DNA from: Octopus bimaculoides
Taxonomy: Eukaryota
Direction: 5' to 3'
Assembly: GCF_001194135.2 (NCBI RefSeq)
Contig: NC_068981.1
Location: 154,107,325-154,171,324 of the forward strand
DNA: 64,000 nt
Numbering within the stretch: the stretch's first letter is position 1; each line of letters opens with the position of its first letter. Made by a program: the position numbers and the translations under genes. This document shows, in pieces, positions 62,430 to 64,000 of this stretch. Below the pieces are notes generated by a model. The model was not told where the DNA came from. It did not search any database and worked only from the letters and a program-made list of their open reading frames with translations.

Positions 62430-62665
62430 TGTTAAAACCTTTTAATATCAACCAATCTGAGACTGCCCCTCATTCAATGATAAAAACTTCATGTTTCAAA
62501 GTAACCTACATTGAAACTTCTATGGAAATTTTTGATGTTAATTTATGTTCCAAGCATCAGCCTAATAATGACAAAGTTATTTTATTAAATTTTTCATTAT
62601 TTTCAAAATTAATGGAAACAAAGTCATTGCATTCCAGCAAAAACATGGTAACAAAAGGGTTAATA
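62430..62665. mobile_element. piggyBac-type MITE (family 2)
   Basis: Ends GGTAACAAAAGGG|TTAA. Confidence 0.75.
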
Positions 62666-63295
62666 TTTCAGTGCTAATTCTATACGAAATAAAATAAAAT
62701 GTTATTCTAAATGCTATTATTAAAAAGAAAGTAATTAGTGTTATGCATCTATGCAGTTTTCTATACATGCATCTATCCATTTTCTAGTACAATTAGTACA
62801 ATTAATATGGTTTCCAGGAAAAAAAAAAAGTCACTTAATAAATACAACGGAAATTAATATAAACTACTTACATCTCAAAAGCAATTAATTTTCCTTGAGA
62901 TAAATCAGCCTACCTGATACTGAACATAATTTTATTATCTTCTTTTCAATAAAAGATGATATAGTATGTCATCAATATTTATTTGTAGGCAAACTCTTTC
63001 TGATTTAAAATATTTAGTTCACTGTAAAACAATGATAGCAGTAAAGCATTATATTAAAATAAGAATAAAAATAAAATTCAAAGATTGTTCTTTTTTTGTA
63101 TCAAATATATTTGAGAATGTTATGAAACCTTTTACTAAATTGGTTTATCTTTTGAATAGTAATAATGACAAAGGTGGCAGCTATATAATAGTTTTTAGCT
63201 TGCATGCAAACTCTGGGAGAGGGAAGGGATATGATGACTCAGTAAATAAAGAAAAAGGATACAAAGGTATAAAATGCAAGCTGTTGTAGCTCTAT

Positions 63296-63836
63296 GTGAA
63301 TGCTTCCTGGCACAGTTGTGGTGTGCAAGAGAGACGATTGCGCTGGTATGGACATGTGGTGAGAATGGATGAGGATAGCTGCGTGAAAAAGTGCCACACC
63401 TTAACAGTTGAGGGAACCCGTGGAAGAGGTAGGCCCAGGAAGACCTGGGCTGAGGTGGTGAGGCAAGACCTTCGTACATTGGGCCTCACCGAGGCGATGA
63501 CTACTGACCGAGACCTTTGGAAATGTGCTGTGCGTGNNNNNNNNNNNNNNNNNNNNNNNNNNNNNNNNNNNNNNNNNNNNNNNNNNNNNNNNNNNNNNNN
63601 NNNNNNNCATAAAAGACACCATTTCGAGCGTGGCCGTTTTCGTGCGGGTGACACGTAAAAGCACCCACTACACTCTCTGAGTGGTTGGCATTAGGAAGGG
63701 CATCCAGCTGTAGAAACTCTGCCAAATTAGATTGGAGCCTGGTGTTGCCATCCGGTTTCACCAGTCCTCAGTCAAATCGTCCAACCCATGCTAGCATGGA
63801 AAGCGGACGTTAAACGATGATGATGATGATGATGAT
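63296..63836 (+). mobile_element. RTE LINE 3' end: ORF C-terminus, 3' UTR and (GAT)n tail
   Basis: VQERRLRWYGHVVRMDEDSCVKKC...GTRGRGRPRKTWAEVVRQDL...DRDLWK. This links the solo (GAT)n fragments in the window to RTE. Confidence 0.93.
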
Positions 63837-64000
63837 ATTTTGATATGAAAATATCTGTAGACCTAGAAATTTGAGAGAAGCGGCAGTCTATTTTCCTAGC
63901 TCTTATTGATCGATGCTCAGGAACCAAATATAAATTATAATAAGGTTGCAGCTTTGAACCTCTTATTTAAAAAAAAAAAATTATTGCTATTATCTAAAGC

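Overview
AT-rich, repeat-dense eukaryotic genomic DNA with ten N gaps. The SINE families and (CA)/(TA)/(GAT) microsatellite load look like an octopus (coleoid cephalopod) draft assembly; this is inferred from recognition, not a database hit. No intact, nameable host gene was found, and most ORF-track entries are microsatellite, gap or antisense-SINE artefacts. Solidly supported content: fragments of RTE-clade LINEs (including an RTE-BovB-like piece and about a dozen solo (GAT)n-tailed 3' ends), an R4/Dong-type LINE with a restriction-like endonuclease, CR1-like fossils, a Penelope-like element (RT thumb, Cys motif, GIY-YIG), a decayed DD34D mariner, hAT and piggyBac-type MITEs with target-site duplications, and four recurrent SINE-like families (labelled A, B, D, E here). 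The most interesting observations are: a minimal type I hammerhead-ribozyme motif at 39841-39877 (minus) and two decayed hammerhead motifs in a direct repeat at 57.7/58.3 kb; modular SINEs (one head with three tails, and a family with an internal microsatellite that acts as an insertion landing pad); a CpG-retaining domain at about 32-36.8 kb with a candidate first exon; a candidate solo LTR; and a few weakly supported, phase-compatible host exons at 0.5-8.8 kb. Repeat boundaries are approximate unless a TSD or splice site is quoted.
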